Source: Myxococcota bacterium
Lineage (GTDB): Bacteria; Myxococcota_A; UBA796; UBA2385
Direction of reading: 5' to 3'
DNA length: 64,000 nt
Assembly (NCBI GenBank): GCA_044344255.1
Contig: JBIJDH010000003.1
Location: 525,485-589,484, forward strand
Made by a program: the position numbers and the translations under genes. The notes below the pieces were generated by a model. That model had not been told where the DNA came from. It ran no database searches and saw only the letters and a list, made by a program, of their open reading frames with translations. This document shows positions 20,622 through 32,373 of the stretch, piece by piece. Positions within the stretch are counted from its first letter, which is position 1. Each line of letters opens with the position of its first letter.

Positions 20622-21595
20622 GCGCGCGCCGCCCCTCGGGGCTCCTCCTCCTCGGGCTGTCGCTGGCGGGCGGTGCGCTCTCCGGCCTCGCCCGCGCGGC
20701 GACGCCCGTGGTCCATGACGGGGGAGATCCCGCCGCTGTCCTGGCGGAGGTCGCCCACCGCACGGGCCTCCCGCTCAGCCAGTTCGAGGCCACCGCGCTC
20801 GACTCGCTCTTGCGGGCGACCCCGCGCGTGATGGGCGGGGCCACGTTGCGGCACTGCGCCGGCGCTCCCACTCGGGCCGCCGAGCTCCGCGCCAACGCGG
20901 TGCGGGCGGAGGCGGCCTGGCGCGACGGGCGGGCGGCCGAGGCCCTGGATCAGCTCGATCTCGGCATCGGAGGCCTTGGCTGCCTGGGAGAGCGGGTGGA
21001 GCCTCCGGTGGCGGCGCGGCTGTTTCAGCTCCGCGGAGGCATCCTCGCCCAACGGGGTGAGCTCGAGTCCGCTCAGGCCGAGCTCCGCACCGCGCTCAGC
21101 TTCGCGCCAGCGGCGATGTGGGATCAGGCGCTGCCGAGCGAGGGGCTCACGATCTTCCACGCGCTGCGCTCCGAGTCCCCGAGCGCGCGCCTCCGCCTCG
21201 CGCCGGCCGGCGCCTCGGTTGGGCCATCCGTCGACGGCCGCGGCGCCCCGGCGGGTGAGCCCATCCTCGAGCTCCGCCCGGGGCTGCACCTCGTGCAGAT
21301 CCCGAGCACCGCTGGGCTTCGCTCGGCCTGGCTCACCGTCGAGGGGGACGCCACGCTGATCGTCCCCGGCTCCTACCGCCGACCGGTCTTGGAGCAGCTC
21401 GCCCTCCCGGAGGCCGCGCCCGACGTCGAGCGCCTCCTCCTCTCCACCCTCGGCGTCGAGGCGACCTACGCGGCCTCCGGCGGCGGGCTCTGGCTCATCT
21501 CCACCGACGAGTCCGGGCCGCACACCACGACCCTCATCTCGCTACCGCCGCCCGTCGAGGCCGCGCCCGAGAAGGGGCGGCGCCGAGATCGGTGA
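20618..21595 (+). CDS. exported TPR/PEGA-like protein (start uncertain; CTG 20618 proposed, first GTG 20708)
   Basis: Open frame from 20618 gives a signal peptide ending ARA; helical TPR-like segment followed by VDG...LRPGLHLVQI. Confidence 0.65.
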   Translation: MSARRPSGLLLLGLSLAGGALSGLARAATPVVHDGGDPAAVLAEVAHRTGLPLSQFEATALDSLLRATPRVMGGATLRHCAGAPTRAAELRANAVRAEAAWRDGRAAEALDQLDLGIGGLGCLGERVEPPVAARLFQLRGGILAQRGELESAQAELRTALSFAPAAMWDQALPSEGLTIFHALRSESPSARLRLAPAGASVGPSVDGRGAPAGEPILELRPGLHLVQIPSTAGLRSAWLTVEGDATLIVPGSYRRPVLEQLALPEAAPDVERLLLSTLGVEATYAASGGGLWLISTDESGPHTTTLISLPPPVEAAPEKGRRRDR

Positions 21596-21616
21596 GCCGG
21601 TGAGCGGCCGGCCGCT

Positions 21617-24319
21617 TTAGAAGAAGGCGAAGCCACACGAGAAGGCGAGGGTGGCCTGGAGGAGCGGGAAGGTGCTCGTCTCGTCTTCGTCGAAGTCGTG
21701 GAGGTCGATGATGCCGTACTGGCCCATCCCCATCTCGACCCGTGTGTAGAAGAACTTGCTCTCGCTGTACATGCCCAAGCGCGCGCTCAGCCCGGTGCGG
21801 GTCAGCGGCGAGCTGAGCTGGCCACCGCTCGCCTGGAGCTGGTGGACGCCGGCCATCCCGTAGAGGCCGCGGGCCTTGTTGTTGGGGTAGAGGCGGAGCC
21901 CGGCGTCCATGTAGGTGAAGTCCGGCGGGTCGTCGGGGTAGCTGCCCCCCTCGATTTGGACCATCACGCCGCCCGCTCCGGGGATGTAGGAGTAGGAGCC
22001 CGTGAGGGCGATGGCCGGACCGACGGGGATCGGCACCACCAGCTCACCCTCGCCGCCGGCGATGGAGGGGAAGCCGAGGTGGAGGCCGAGGCGGACGTGA
22101 CGCCGGTCGGCGTTGACGCTGTAGCGCTGCGCCAACTCTTTGGCCTTGGTGCGGTCTTTCTCGACGCCCTTGCCCTTCTGGTACATCGCGCCGAGCTGCT
22201 TGCAGCTCTCAAAGTGCCCGTTGTCACAGGCACTCTGGAGGTGTGCGGCGGCGATCTCATCGTCGAAGCTGGTCTCTCTCTGGAGGTGGACGTCCGCGAG
22301 GGCGGCGCAGGCGGTGCCGAAGTCGCCTTCGCAGGAGCGCTCGAGGAGGAGGTAGGCGGCCTCGGGCGGGTCCCCCTTACGCGGGAGGTCGGCCTCGGCC
22401 TGCCAATAGCAGCCCTCGGCGTCGCCGTGCTCACAGCCGCGCGCGAGGTAGGCGGCAGGCGGCTGCTCACTCGGCCAGGGCGGATCGTGCTTGTTCGTGA
22501 CGAAGCGGCCCAGCGCAGTGCAGGCGCTGGCCTCCCCGGTGTCGCAGGCCTTCGTCCAAGCGCTGTAGGCCTCTGCCCAGCTCTTCTTCGAGCGCGACCA
22601 GCGCTCACCGAGGCCTGCACAGCCCACCGGGCTGCCGAGCTCGCAGGCCCGATCCCACATCTCTTCGGGGCCAGGGGCCTCGATCTTGCGGGCGGCGCCG
22701 ATGCGACGCTGCTCGGCGCCGGCGATGCAGGCGCTCGGGAGGCCGCTCGAGCAGGCGGTGGAGAAGAGGGTCAGAGCTTGGCCGTACGCGAGGTCGCGGG
22801 GCTCGTGGCGGACGAGGAGGTGGGCGGTGCCCACACAGGCGCGCTGCTCCCCCTGGTCACAGGAGGCTTGGAGGGCCGCCTCGGCCTTGACCACGCGAGG
22901 GTGGGCGATGCCCCAGCGATCGACATAGTCGCCGAGTCGCACGCAGCCCTCTTCGTCACCGAGCTGGCAGGCGCGGAGGAAGGCAGAGAAGTCGTCGAGC
23001 TTCGTGGCGGAGATCGGGCCGGACTGCAGCAGCTTGCCGAGCTGGACGCAGGAGGTGGCCAGCGGGAGGGTCTCGTCTTCGCACTCGCGCACCGCCTTCA
23101 AGGCGAAGGCCTCCTGGCGGCGGCGGGCGGCGCTGTCGCAGGCCTCGGCCCGGCCGAGCACGCAGGCCTGGTCGAGGCTCAGCAGCGCCCGGTCGGGGAT
23201 GTTCAGCTTGTCGAAGGCCGAGCTCAACAGCATGCAGCCTTCGCCGACGTCTTCGAGGCGGCGCAGGCGCTCCCCGAGCGAGCCGCTGGCGTCGACGGTG
23301 CAGGAGTACTCGAGGACCCCGACGAGGGTGTCGGAGGGGCGATCGGCGGCGGTCCGCATCCGGTCTCGGGCCACCTCATGGCAGGCGTTGACGTCGCGCT
23401 CGCCGCAGGCGTTGGCCCGGGCGGCGAGGGCGGGCACGTCGAGGGCTACGGCCTCCAAGCAGGCGCGGTAGGTGCCGCCCTCACAGGCGAGCCCGAAGAC
23501 GCGGAGGGCCTCGTCTTTACCGCCCTCCTTGTCGAGGAGCTGCGCCGCGATCTGTCGGCCGGCGACGAGGCAGGTCTCGGGGACCTCTGGGACGCACACC
23601 GGCAGCTCGGGCGCGCCGGCCGGCCAGGCGACGGTGTAGACGTGCAGGCCGTCCGCCTCTGGGATGGCGAGGTGGTCTCCGGCCTGCCCTTGGAAGCGGC
23701 TGAGGCGGGCGGCGCCATTGAGCTCGGCGCGGACCCAAGCGCGGTCTCCACCCTCGACGGTGGCGGCGGTGAGCACCGCCCAGGGGGCGTCCGACAGCGA
23801 CCACCAGACCTCGGGGATGCGGAGCTCCTGGCCCTTGGCGGCGCTCGCGGCGGCGCGGGTGATCGCACCTGTGGCGGGGTCGAACACCCATGGTTGTCCC
23901 TTGTCCTTTCCCGATCCTGTGCCTTGGAGGCGGGGGCGCCCGTCTCCGGCGGCGGTCCAGCCGGCGGCGCCCTCGAGGCCCTCTGGCCAGGGCAAGCGGC
24001 CGACCTCCTCGACGACCACGAGGGGGCCCCGGGGGACGACGAGGATGGTCTCGCCCTCGGGGGTGTCGAAGTGCAGGCGCACCGACCGGGCGGGGCCGGC
24101 GGCGACGATCCGCTGCGCTGCGAGCGGATCTCCCGCGATCTTGAGGCCATCGACGGCCGTGAGGGTCCAGCCGGCTTGCACGCCGGCAGAGGCGAAGGCG
24201 GCGGGGAGCTCGGAGGGTAGCACCCAAGCGCCGGTGGGGGCGACCTCGAAGGGCAGGGCCACGCCGGGGAGGCTGGCGGCCTCGGCGCCGAGGGAGAGGG
24301 CGAGCAGGGCCTGGATCAT
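21617..24319 (-). CDS. secreted Sel1-like Cys-repeat protein with PDZ-like N-region and probable C-terminal beta-barrel
   Basis: Signal peptide; AGVQAGWTLTAVDG; many 'ACxxGxxxAC' repeats and LGAMYQKGKGVEKD; ends FSCGFAFF. Confidence 0.75.
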   Translation of the reverse strand: MIQALLALSLGAEAASLPGVALPFEVAPTGAWVLPSELPAAFASAGVQAGWTLTAVDGLKIAGDPLAAQRIVAAGPARSVRLHFDTPEGETILVVPRGPLVVVEEVGRLPWPEGLEGAAGWTAAGDGRPRLQGTGSGKDKGQPWVFDPATGAITRAAASAAKGQELRIPEVWWSLSDAPWAVLTAATVEGGDRAWVRAELNGAARLSRFQGQAGDHLAIPEADGLHVYTVAWPAGAPELPVCVPEVPETCLVAGRQIAAQLLDKEGGKDEALRVFGLACEGGTYRACLEAVALDVPALAARANACGERDVNACHEVARDRMRTAADRPSDTLVGVLEYSCTVDASGSLGERLRRLEDVGEGCMLLSSAFDKLNIPDRALLSLDQACVLGRAEACDSAARRRQEAFALKAVRECEDETLPLATSCVQLGKLLQSGPISATKLDDFSAFLRACQLGDEEGCVRLGDYVDRWGIAHPRVVKAEAALQASCDQGEQRACVGTAHLLVRHEPRDLAYGQALTLFSTACSSGLPSACIAGAEQRRIGAARKIEAPGPEEMWDRACELGSPVGCAGLGERWSRSKKSWAEAYSAWTKACDTGEASACTALGRFVTNKHDPPWPSEQPPAAYLARGCEHGDAEGCYWQAEADLPRKGDPPEAAYLLLERSCEGDFGTACAALADVHLQRETSFDDEIAAAHLQSACDNGHFESCKQLGAMYQKGKGVEKDRTKAKELAQRYSVNADRRHVRLGLHLGFPSIAGGEGELVVPIPVGPAIALTGSYSYIPGAGGVMVQIEGGSYPDDPPDFTYMDAGLRLYPNNKARGLYGMAGVHQLQASGGQLSSPLTRTGLSARLGMYSESKFFYTRVEMGMGQYGIIDLHDFDEDETSTFPLLQATLAFSCGFAFF

Positions 24320-24461
24320 GGTCCGGGTTCCGGGGCGATCGGGACTTTGTCGGCGGCGGGCGGGGCGGCTCCCTATCCTGCCCTCGCCTCGCCGCGGCTG
24401 TCCACCCTGTGGCGGTCCGGTGTCAGGTCGGCGTAAGGTCGGTGACCCGGGGGGAGAGCCG

Positions 24462-25346
24462 TCAGGGTGGGGGCGGGCCACCTCTGGGCTCCAGGCGGCG
24501 GAGGACGAGGCCCTCGGACAGGGGGAGGAGGAGCAGCAGCGAGCCGTCTGGCGCCGCCGAGACCCCCGCGATCGGGAGGTACTTGAGGCGGTGCAGCTCG
24601 ACTGACAGCGGCTGCTCGGCGCCCGGCGCCCAGATCTCCCGCGTCGCGCGCAGCACCGGCAGGCCGCGCCGAGGCACGGTCGTCGCGCGGTCTACCACCA
24701 GCCAGGGGGGGGAGGATCCATAGACGGAGAGCGCGACCTCGGGCTCGTCCGGGATGTCCCACTGGGCGGCGCCCACCGCGACGTGCAAGGAAGCGCCGCG
24801 GTCTTCGACGGAGATCCGAGCCTGGACGGCGCTCAGGCGCGTCGACGTGGGTGGCAGGAGCCGACCTCCGCGGGCGGTGGCGACGGGGTGGCGGTTGCCG
24901 AAGACGTCCTCCAAGAAGACGCTGTCCCCGTCCAGCTCCAGTCGGCCCCCGGTGGGCACGAGCTCGGGCACGGGGCGCCGATCGAGGAGCGTGCCCCGAT
25001 CGGCGTCGTGGAGGGTGAGCTCCCGTCGCATGTCGTCCAAGACGAGCAGCGCACCCTCCGGGTTGAAGGCGAGGCCGTCGAGGCGGGGGAGTCGGAAGGT
25101 GCCGATGATCCTGCCGTCGCGGACGAGGCAGACCCGCCCGTCGGTCGACTCGAAGAAAGCCGCTCTGCCGTTCGGCCCGGCCCCGACGAGATCGCCGCCC
25201 GTGACGGCCTGGGGGCCTCGCCAGGGGAAGGTGAGGTCGGGAGCCGCAGCGGCCGGCTGAGGGGCGAGCGCCCCCCACGCGGCGGCACAGCCGACCAGCG
25301 CGCATACGAGGCCCCGGTGGGCCCGCGCGGGTGGCGACCGCGTCAC
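24462..25346 (-). CDS. hypothetical secreted beta-rich protein
   Basis: Signal peptide; short beta repeats (LAFNPEGALLVLD); 4-nt overlap with upstream gene. Confidence 0.6.
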   Translation of the reverse strand: MTRSPPARAHRGLVCALVGCAAAWGALAPQPAAAAPDLTFPWRGPQAVTGGDLVGAGPNGRAAFFESTDGRVCLVRDGRIIGTFRLPRLDGLAFNPEGALLVLDDMRRELTLHDADRGTLLDRRPVPELVPTGGRLELDGDSVFLEDVFGNRHPVATARGGRLLPPTSTRLSAVQARISVEDRGASLHVAVGAAQWDIPDEPEVALSVYGSSPPWLVVDRATTVPRRGLPVLRATREIWAPGAEQPLSVELHRLKYLPIAGVSAAPDGSLLLLLPLSEGLVLRRLEPRGGPPPP

Positions 25347-27085
25347 GGCCCGAGCACCCGCGGCGGTCGTCCCTCTCGGATCAGGAGCACGGCCTCGTGG
25401 GCGCGCTGGGCGAGGCGCCGCTCAACCATCGGCGAGGCGAACCACCGGAGCACGGCCAGGAGCGGGGTCGCCGAGCCCGTGAGCCGCCGCTCCGCGAGCG
25501 CGACCACGGCGGTCTTGATCTGGTGCGCCACGAAGATGGGCTCGGTGGCAGGGGCGGCGAGGAGGTAGTCCCGGAGCGAACCCTCGAGGTCCAGCCCCGC
25601 GTGGAGCATGGCCTCGCCCACCACCACCGCGCGGGCCGGCTCGCGGTGGCGGATCGCCGCGTGGAGGTCGGCGAGGCTGGGCGACACGGCGGACGTCGCA
25701 GCCTCAGCGGCAGGTCCGGCCCCATCGAGCGGGTGGGCCGCGTGGATGAAGCGCGCCGCGAAGAACAGCAGGCGCAGCCCCTCCTCCCCGGAGAGCCGCG
25801 GGAGGGCCGTCCGCAGGGCGTGGGCGTGCGTGAGGGGGTGCGAGACGCTCAGCCAGGAGTCCTGCACGGTGGGGTCGAGATCCCAGGCCGGGTCAAAGCG
25901 GAGCAGCCGGCGAGCAGCGGCCTCCACGAGGGCGTCGATGAGGCGCTGCGGGGCTGTGCCGGCGTCGATCGCGCCGCGGAGGGCGTCGATGACGGTGGTT
26001 TGGTCCTCGGCGAGCAGGGCGTCCACGAGGCCAACCGCGGCGGGGCCCTCGCCTCGGGCGAGCGAGGCGCCGAGGGCGGGGAGGTCGAGCGCGGCCACCT
26101 TGCGGCTCCAGCCGATCCAGGGAGGGAGCTGCTCCTCCCGGGTCGCGTAGACGAAGCGGTAGATGAGGGTGCCGGTCAACGCGCCCAGGGCCTCCCGCCC
26201 CTCGGGCAGCGAGGCGGCGGCGCGGGCGAGGCGGTTGAGCTTCTCGACGAAGATGAGCTCGTGGCCGAAGTCGAGGAAGTGATCTGCGGCCAGGCGGAGC
26301 AGCCAATCGCGGACGACCGACCAACCGATCCCGGCGCCCCAGGCACCGAAGAAGATCCCTTCGGCCTCGGCGGCGCGCTCGGCCTCGACGGCGGAGCGGA
26401 GGGCGGCGAAGACACGCTCGGGATCGGCGTCGACGGGGAGCGGGGCCGGTCGAGGCCGGGGGAGCCGGCGGACGCTCCCGCGGGCGGCGAGCTCCATCGC
26501 CGGCAGGATCACGGCCGTCGCGTCGAGGCCGGGCCGGCGGGGCAGCCAGTCGAGGAGATCGGCGGCCACGGGCAGGGCGTGGGTGGTGCCCCACTCGGCG
26601 TGGTCGGCGTCCCAGCGGGCGGCGTGGAGCAGCAGGGCCTCGGGGGAGACGCCGAGGTCGAGGAGGCGGGCGGTGTCCCGCGCGACGCGGCCGAGCTCGT
26701 TCTCGAAGAGGCCAAGGTCGAGGCTCTTCTTCGCGCGCTCGATCGCGGCCTGGGGCGCGGGCTCGCGGAGGTCGACCTCGACCCAGCCATCGACGACGCG
26801 GACGGGGAGCACACGCAGGTCCTCCTCACCCACGAGACAGGCGCCATCCTCCAGGTTGAACTTGAAGTTGTGCCACTTGCAGGTGAGGACGCAGCCAGAG
26901 ACATCCCCCTGGGTGAGGGGGTAACCCTCGTGCGGGCAGCGGTTGTCGCTTGCGAAGAGGTGGCCGCCTTCGGTGTGGAAGAGCGCGACCGGCAGGCGAG
27001 GCGTCTTGAAGAGGCGGCTCCGGCCCACGGGGAGGTCGGCGAGCGCGCAGAGCGGGGACCAGGCGGAGGGCGGTGCTGTGTCCAT
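25343..27085 (-). CDS. Rieske [2Fe-2S] domain fused to a His-rich helical domain
   Basis: NRCPHEGYPL...LTCKWHNFKF; repeated His motifs (THAL, FGHELI, SHPLTHAH, VAHQIK). Confidence 0.85.
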   Translation of the reverse strand: MDTAPPSAWSPLCALADLPVGRSRLFKTPRLPVALFHTEGGHLFASDNRCPHEGYPLTQGDVSGCVLTCKWHNFKFNLEDGACLVGEEDLRVLPVRVVDGWVEVDLREPAPQAAIERAKKSLDLGLFENELGRVARDTARLLDLGVSPEALLLHAARWDADHAEWGTTHALPVAADLLDWLPRRPGLDATAVILPAMELAARGSVRRLPRPRPAPLPVDADPERVFAALRSAVEAERAAEAEGIFFGAWGAGIGWSVVRDWLLRLAADHFLDFGHELIFVEKLNRLARAAASLPEGREALGALTGTLIYRFVYATREEQLPPWIGWSRKVAALDLPALGASLARGEGPAAVGLVDALLAEDQTTVIDALRGAIDAGTAPQRLIDALVEAAARRLLRFDPAWDLDPTVQDSWLSVSHPLTHAHALRTALPRLSGEEGLRLLFFAARFIHAAHPLDGAGPAAEAATSAVSPSLADLHAAIRHREPARAVVVGEAMLHAGLDLEGSLRDYLLAAPATEPIFVAHQIKTAVVALAERRLTGSATPLLAVLRWFASPMVERRLAQRAHEAVLLIREGRPPRVLGP

Positions 27086-27258
27086 ATGGGGCCTCTGCGG
27101 GGTGGTTCACCCCTCTTTACCTCACCCACGGCCTCAGACCGCTCACGAACGGTCCGCCGAAGGGTCCGCGAGCGGGCTCGCCGCCCTGACCGGTTCGCCG
27201 CGTTAGTCCGGGCCCCGACGCCTTGGCCTTCGCACCGCCCCTGCCGATTGGAACTGCC

Positions 27259-28864
<1,606 letters not shown>

Positions 28865-28881
<17 letters not shown>

Positions 28882-29227
28882 GCGGCCGCCGCCGCGGGCC
28901 GCCCGGACGCTCGATCGGGCCTACATTGGCAACGAGCTCTTCCTCTTCGGGCTCTGCCTGCTCGTCGTGCTCGCCTCGATGCTGCTCCAGCCCTCCGATG
29001 ATGCGGTCTTCCTCTTCGGTTGGAAGGTGCCGCCCCTCTGCGTGTGGCAGAACCTCTTCGACCGGCAGTGTTTGGGCTGCGGCATGACCCGCGCCTTCAC
29101 CTACATGGGCCACGGCGACATCGTGGGCGCCTTCCGCGTCCACAAGGCGGGGCCCGCCGTCTTCTTGCTCGTCGCCGCGCAGGTGCCGCTTCGGGCCTGG
29201 AACGCCTGGAAGCTGTGGCGTGCCTGA
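28865..29227 (+). CDS. DUF2752 membrane protein
   Basis: PLC...QCLGCGMTRAF motif between TM segments. Confidence 0.8.
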
Positions 29228-29320
29228 ACGCGGGCCGGCAGGTGCGCCCCTCGACCGGCCCGCCCCCGGGGTTATCGTCTGAGCACCCCGCTCGCTCCGC
29301 ACCACGATGAGAGATGACCC

Positions 29321-29752
29321 ATGGAATCCACCTCCACCGATCAAGCCCCCACCCCCGTGATCGACGTCGGGGCCGACGCCGCCGCAGACGCCGCCGCAGA
29401 CGCCGGCCCTGGCTACGGCCCCGAGGACACCATCACCGTCACCGCCGACGCCGTGGAGAACATCCGCGACCTCCGGAAGGACTACGGCGACGAGGGCTGG
29501 GGCCTCCGCTACGGGCTGACCGGCGGCGGCTGCTCTGGCTACAAATACCTGCTTGAATTCGAGGAGCGCCCCGCGGAGGGGGACCTCGTCTTCCACTACG
29601 ATGACGTCAAGGTCTTCGTGCGCCCCGAGCACATGGTCAAGCTCAAGAACTCGGTGATCGGCTGGAAGGACTCGCTCATGGAGGCGGGCTTCAACATCGA
29701 GAACCCTCAGGCCAAGCGTCCCTGTGGCTGCGGCGCCAGCGTCGATTTTTAG
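29321..29752 (+). CDS. HesB/IscA A-type Fe-S carrier
   Basis: GGGCSGYKY, ENPQAKRPCGCGAS. Confidence 0.92.
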   Translation: MESTSTDQAPTPVIDVGADAAADAAADAGPGYGPEDTITVTADAVENIRDLRKDYGDEGWGLRYGLTGGGCSGYKYLLEFEERPAEGDLVFHYDDVKVFVRPEHMVKLKNSVIGWKDSLMEAGFNIENPQAKRPCGCGASVDF

Positions 29753-29829
29753 GCGGGCCCCGCGTCCCGATCCGCTCCACGCCTGCGCTCGCAGGTGGGG
29801 CGGCTTATGCTGGCCGACAGGAGGTGTTG

Positions 29830-30888
29830 ATGCTCCAGAACCGCCCGCGGCTCTTGTCGGTGGGCACGGCGAACCCGCCGGAGCGTTACACGCAAGACGA
29901 GATCCTCGATCGCTTCCGTGCCGCGAATCCTGACGTTCGTGCATTGTTTCGGGCGAGTCACATCGCGCACCGCTACCTCTTTCTCCCGCCCGCCGACGCC
30001 GAGGGGCGCCCGGTGGAGAGCCAGAGCGAGCTGCTGGCTAAGCACCGGCGGGGCGCGCTCTACATGGCGAGCCGGGCGATCCCCGCCGCGCTGGAGCCGC
30101 TCGGCCTCCGGGCGTCGGACGTGGACTACCTCTGCGTCATCTCGTCGACGGGCTTCATGTTGCCCGGGCTCACGGCGATGTTCATCCGCCACCTCGGCTT
30201 CCGGGTGGACTGCCACCGCGCCGACATCGTGGGCATGGGCTGTAACGCCGGCTTGAACGGGCTCAACCCCGTGGCATCTTGGGCCAGCGCCAACCCCGGC
30301 CGGGTGGCGCTGATGGTGTGCTGTGAGGTCAACTCCGCGCTCTACGTCTACGACGACACCGTCGAGACCGGCGTGGTGAACAGCCTCTTCGGCGATGGCT
30401 GCGCGGCCGTGGTCGTGCGCGCCGACGCCGCAGACGAGGGCCGCTTCGCCCCCACGGTGCTCGGCTTTCAGTCGCACATCATCCCCGAGACGTGGGAGGC
30501 GATGAGCTACCACTGGCTGGAGGAGCACGGGAAGTTCGGCTTCCACCTCGATCGAGACGTGCCCTACGTGCTCGGCACCCACGCCGCTGTGCCGGTGGGG
30601 GCGCTGCTCGACCGCTTCGGCCTCAAGCGACGACACATCTCCCACTGGCTCGTACACTCGGGCGGGAAGAAGGTGATCGACGCCATCAAGTACACCGTGG
30701 GCATCACCGAGCATGACGTCCGCCACACCGCGGGCGTTCTGCACGACTACGGCAACCTCGGCTCCGGCAGCTTCTTGTTCAGCTTCAAGCGCCTCCTCGA
30801 AGAGGGGAAGGTGCGCCGCGGCGACCATGGGATCATGATGACCATGGGCCCCGGCTCTACGATCGAGACCGCGTTGATTCGCTGGTAG
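29830..30888 (+). CDS. dpgA: DpgA-like type III polyketide synthase (3,5-dihydroxyphenylacetyl-CoA synthase)
   Basis: Cys-His-Asn triad in RADIVGMGCNAGLNGL, WLVHSGGKKVI and YGNLGSGSFLFS; these segments are DpgA-type rather than chalcone-synthase-type. Confidence 0.85.
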   Translation: MLQNRPRLLSVGTANPPERYTQDEILDRFRAANPDVRALFRASHIAHRYLFLPPADAEGRPVESQSELLAKHRRGALYMASRAIPAALEPLGLRASDVDYLCVISSTGFMLPGLTAMFIRHLGFRVDCHRADIVGMGCNAGLNGLNPVASWASANPGRVALMVCCEVNSALYVYDDTVETGVVNSLFGDGCAAVVVRADAADEGRFAPTVLGFQSHIIPETWEAMSYHWLEEHGKFGFHLDRDVPYVLGTHAAVPVGALLDRFGLKRRHISHWLVHSGGKKVIDAIKYTVGITEHDVRHTAGVLHDYGNLGSGSFLFSFKRLLEEGKVRRGDHGIMMTMGPGSTIETALIRW

Positions 30889-30896
30889 GAGTCCCC

Positions 30897-31643
30897 ATGC
30901 GCGTCCCCGAGACCCTCCGTTACGAAGAGCGCGGCGAGGTCGCCACCGTCACGCTGCTGCGCGAACGAACGAACATGGCGATGGTGCGCGAGCTCACCGC
31001 GGTCTGTGACCACCTCGAAGACCAGAGCGCCTGTAAGATCGTGGTCTTTCGCGGAGAGGGTGGCCGCTTCAACCGCGGGATTGACCTCGCGGACTTCCGC
31101 CCCGATCAGGCCATGGACATCCACGGCTTCAACAAGTGGGAGAAGCTCTGCTCTCGCATCGAGCGGCTCGGTAAGGTCACCGTGGCCTTGCTCGAGGGGG
31201 ACGTCGTGGGCGGCGGCTTCCAGCTCGCCCTCGTCTGTGACGCGCGCATCGCCTCCCCGTCGGCCCGCTTTCAGCTCGATGAGCTGCACAAGGGCTTCCT
31301 CCCCGGCATGGCCACGTTCCGGCTCGCCAAGTACGTCGGCCTCGGGAGGGCCAAGCGTCTGGTGATGCAGTCGATCGTGCTCAGCGCCGAGGAGGCCCGT
31401 GACCAGGGCATCATCGACGAGGTCTACGAAGACCTCGAGATCGGGCTCGCGGCGACCCTGGCCTCCTTCGGCCCGACCCACGGGGTGGCGATCGAGCTCG
31501 CCCGCCGGTTGATGAACGAGTCCTTCAGCACGAACTTGGAGGATGCCCTGGGTAACTTCCTCGCCGCGCAGCACCGGGCGATCACCCAGCCCGCCTTCCA
31601 GGACACCCTCAAGAAGTCGCAGCGCGCCCCCAAGATCGCATGA
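30897..31643 (+). CDS. dpgB: DpgB-like enoyl-CoA hydratase/isomerase
   Basis: Crotonase fold (GGGFQLALVCD); KWEKLCSRIERL and PGMATFRL resemble DpgB; directly after dpgA. Confidence 0.7.
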   Translation: MRVPETLRYEERGEVATVTLLRERTNMAMVRELTAVCDHLEDQSACKIVVFRGEGGRFNRGIDLADFRPDQAMDIHGFNKWEKLCSRIERLGKVTVALLEGDVVGGGFQLALVCDARIASPSARFQLDELHKGFLPGMATFRLAKYVGLGRAKRLVMQSIVLSAEEARDQGIIDEVYEDLEIGLAATLASFGPTHGVAIELARRLMNESFSTNLEDALGNFLAAQHRAITQPAFQDTLKKSQRAPKIA

Positions 31644-32353
31644 CGCGCGCAGCGCCGAGCGCGGAGGGGGCCAGCGCGGTCAAGCCCTTCCCGGTGGACG
31701 CCTCCGTGATGGCGTCGATCCGACCGATGCAATTCCGCGACGCGGATCGGGTGGGGGAGCTGCACCACGCCGCGATGGGCCAGAGCCTTTGGGCGAAGCT
31801 TGGGCTGCGCTTCTTGCAGGAGCTCTATCGGGCGCTCGTGAACGATCCGCGCTTCTTCGCCTTCGTCTATGTAGAGGATGGGCGGGTGCGCGGCTTCATC
31901 GCCGGCTCCTCCGATCCCGACGTGATGATGTCGGCCACCTTCCGGAGGGCGTGGTTCCTGCTCGGTCCCCCGGCCTTCCCGGGCGTGCTCCGGCCGAGCG
32001 TGATCAAGAAGCTGGTGGAGACGCCGCTCTATTCACGGCGCAGCAACGCGGTGAAGCTGCCCTTCGGCGTGAAGGCTGAGAGCCTGTTCTGCTCCTTCGA
32101 GCCCGATCTGCGCGGCAAGCGCGTGAGCGGGCACATCAACAAGGTGCTCTTCGACGAGCTGCTCGCGCGCGGACACGGCGCGGTGAAGATCACCACCGAG
32201 ACGGACAACGAGGGCGCCAATCGGCAACTGCAGAGCTGGGGCTTCGTGGACTGCGGGCGCTTCACCTTTTACGGTAAGGAGATGGTGACGTACGTGCTCG
32301 ATCTCGAGGCGTCCCCGCGGGTCGAGCCAGTGAGCCGTCACCCCACGATTTAG
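31640..32353 (+). CDS. GNAT-family acyltransferase
   Basis: PDLRGKRVSG, TETDNEGANRQLQSWGF; ATGA coupling. Confidence 0.75.
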   Translation: MTRAAPSAEGASAVKPFPVDASVMASIRPMQFRDADRVGELHHAAMGQSLWAKLGLRFLQELYRALVNDPRFFAFVYVEDGRVRGFIAGSSDPDVMMSATFRRAWFLLGPPAFPGVLRPSVIKKLVETPLYSRRSNAVKLPFGVKAESLFCSFEPDLRGKRVSGHINKVLFDELLARGHGAVKITTETDNEGANRQLQSWGFVDCGRFTFYGKEMVTYVLDLEASPRVEPVSRHPTI

Positions 32354-32373
32354 GGCGCCCCGGGAGGTTCACG

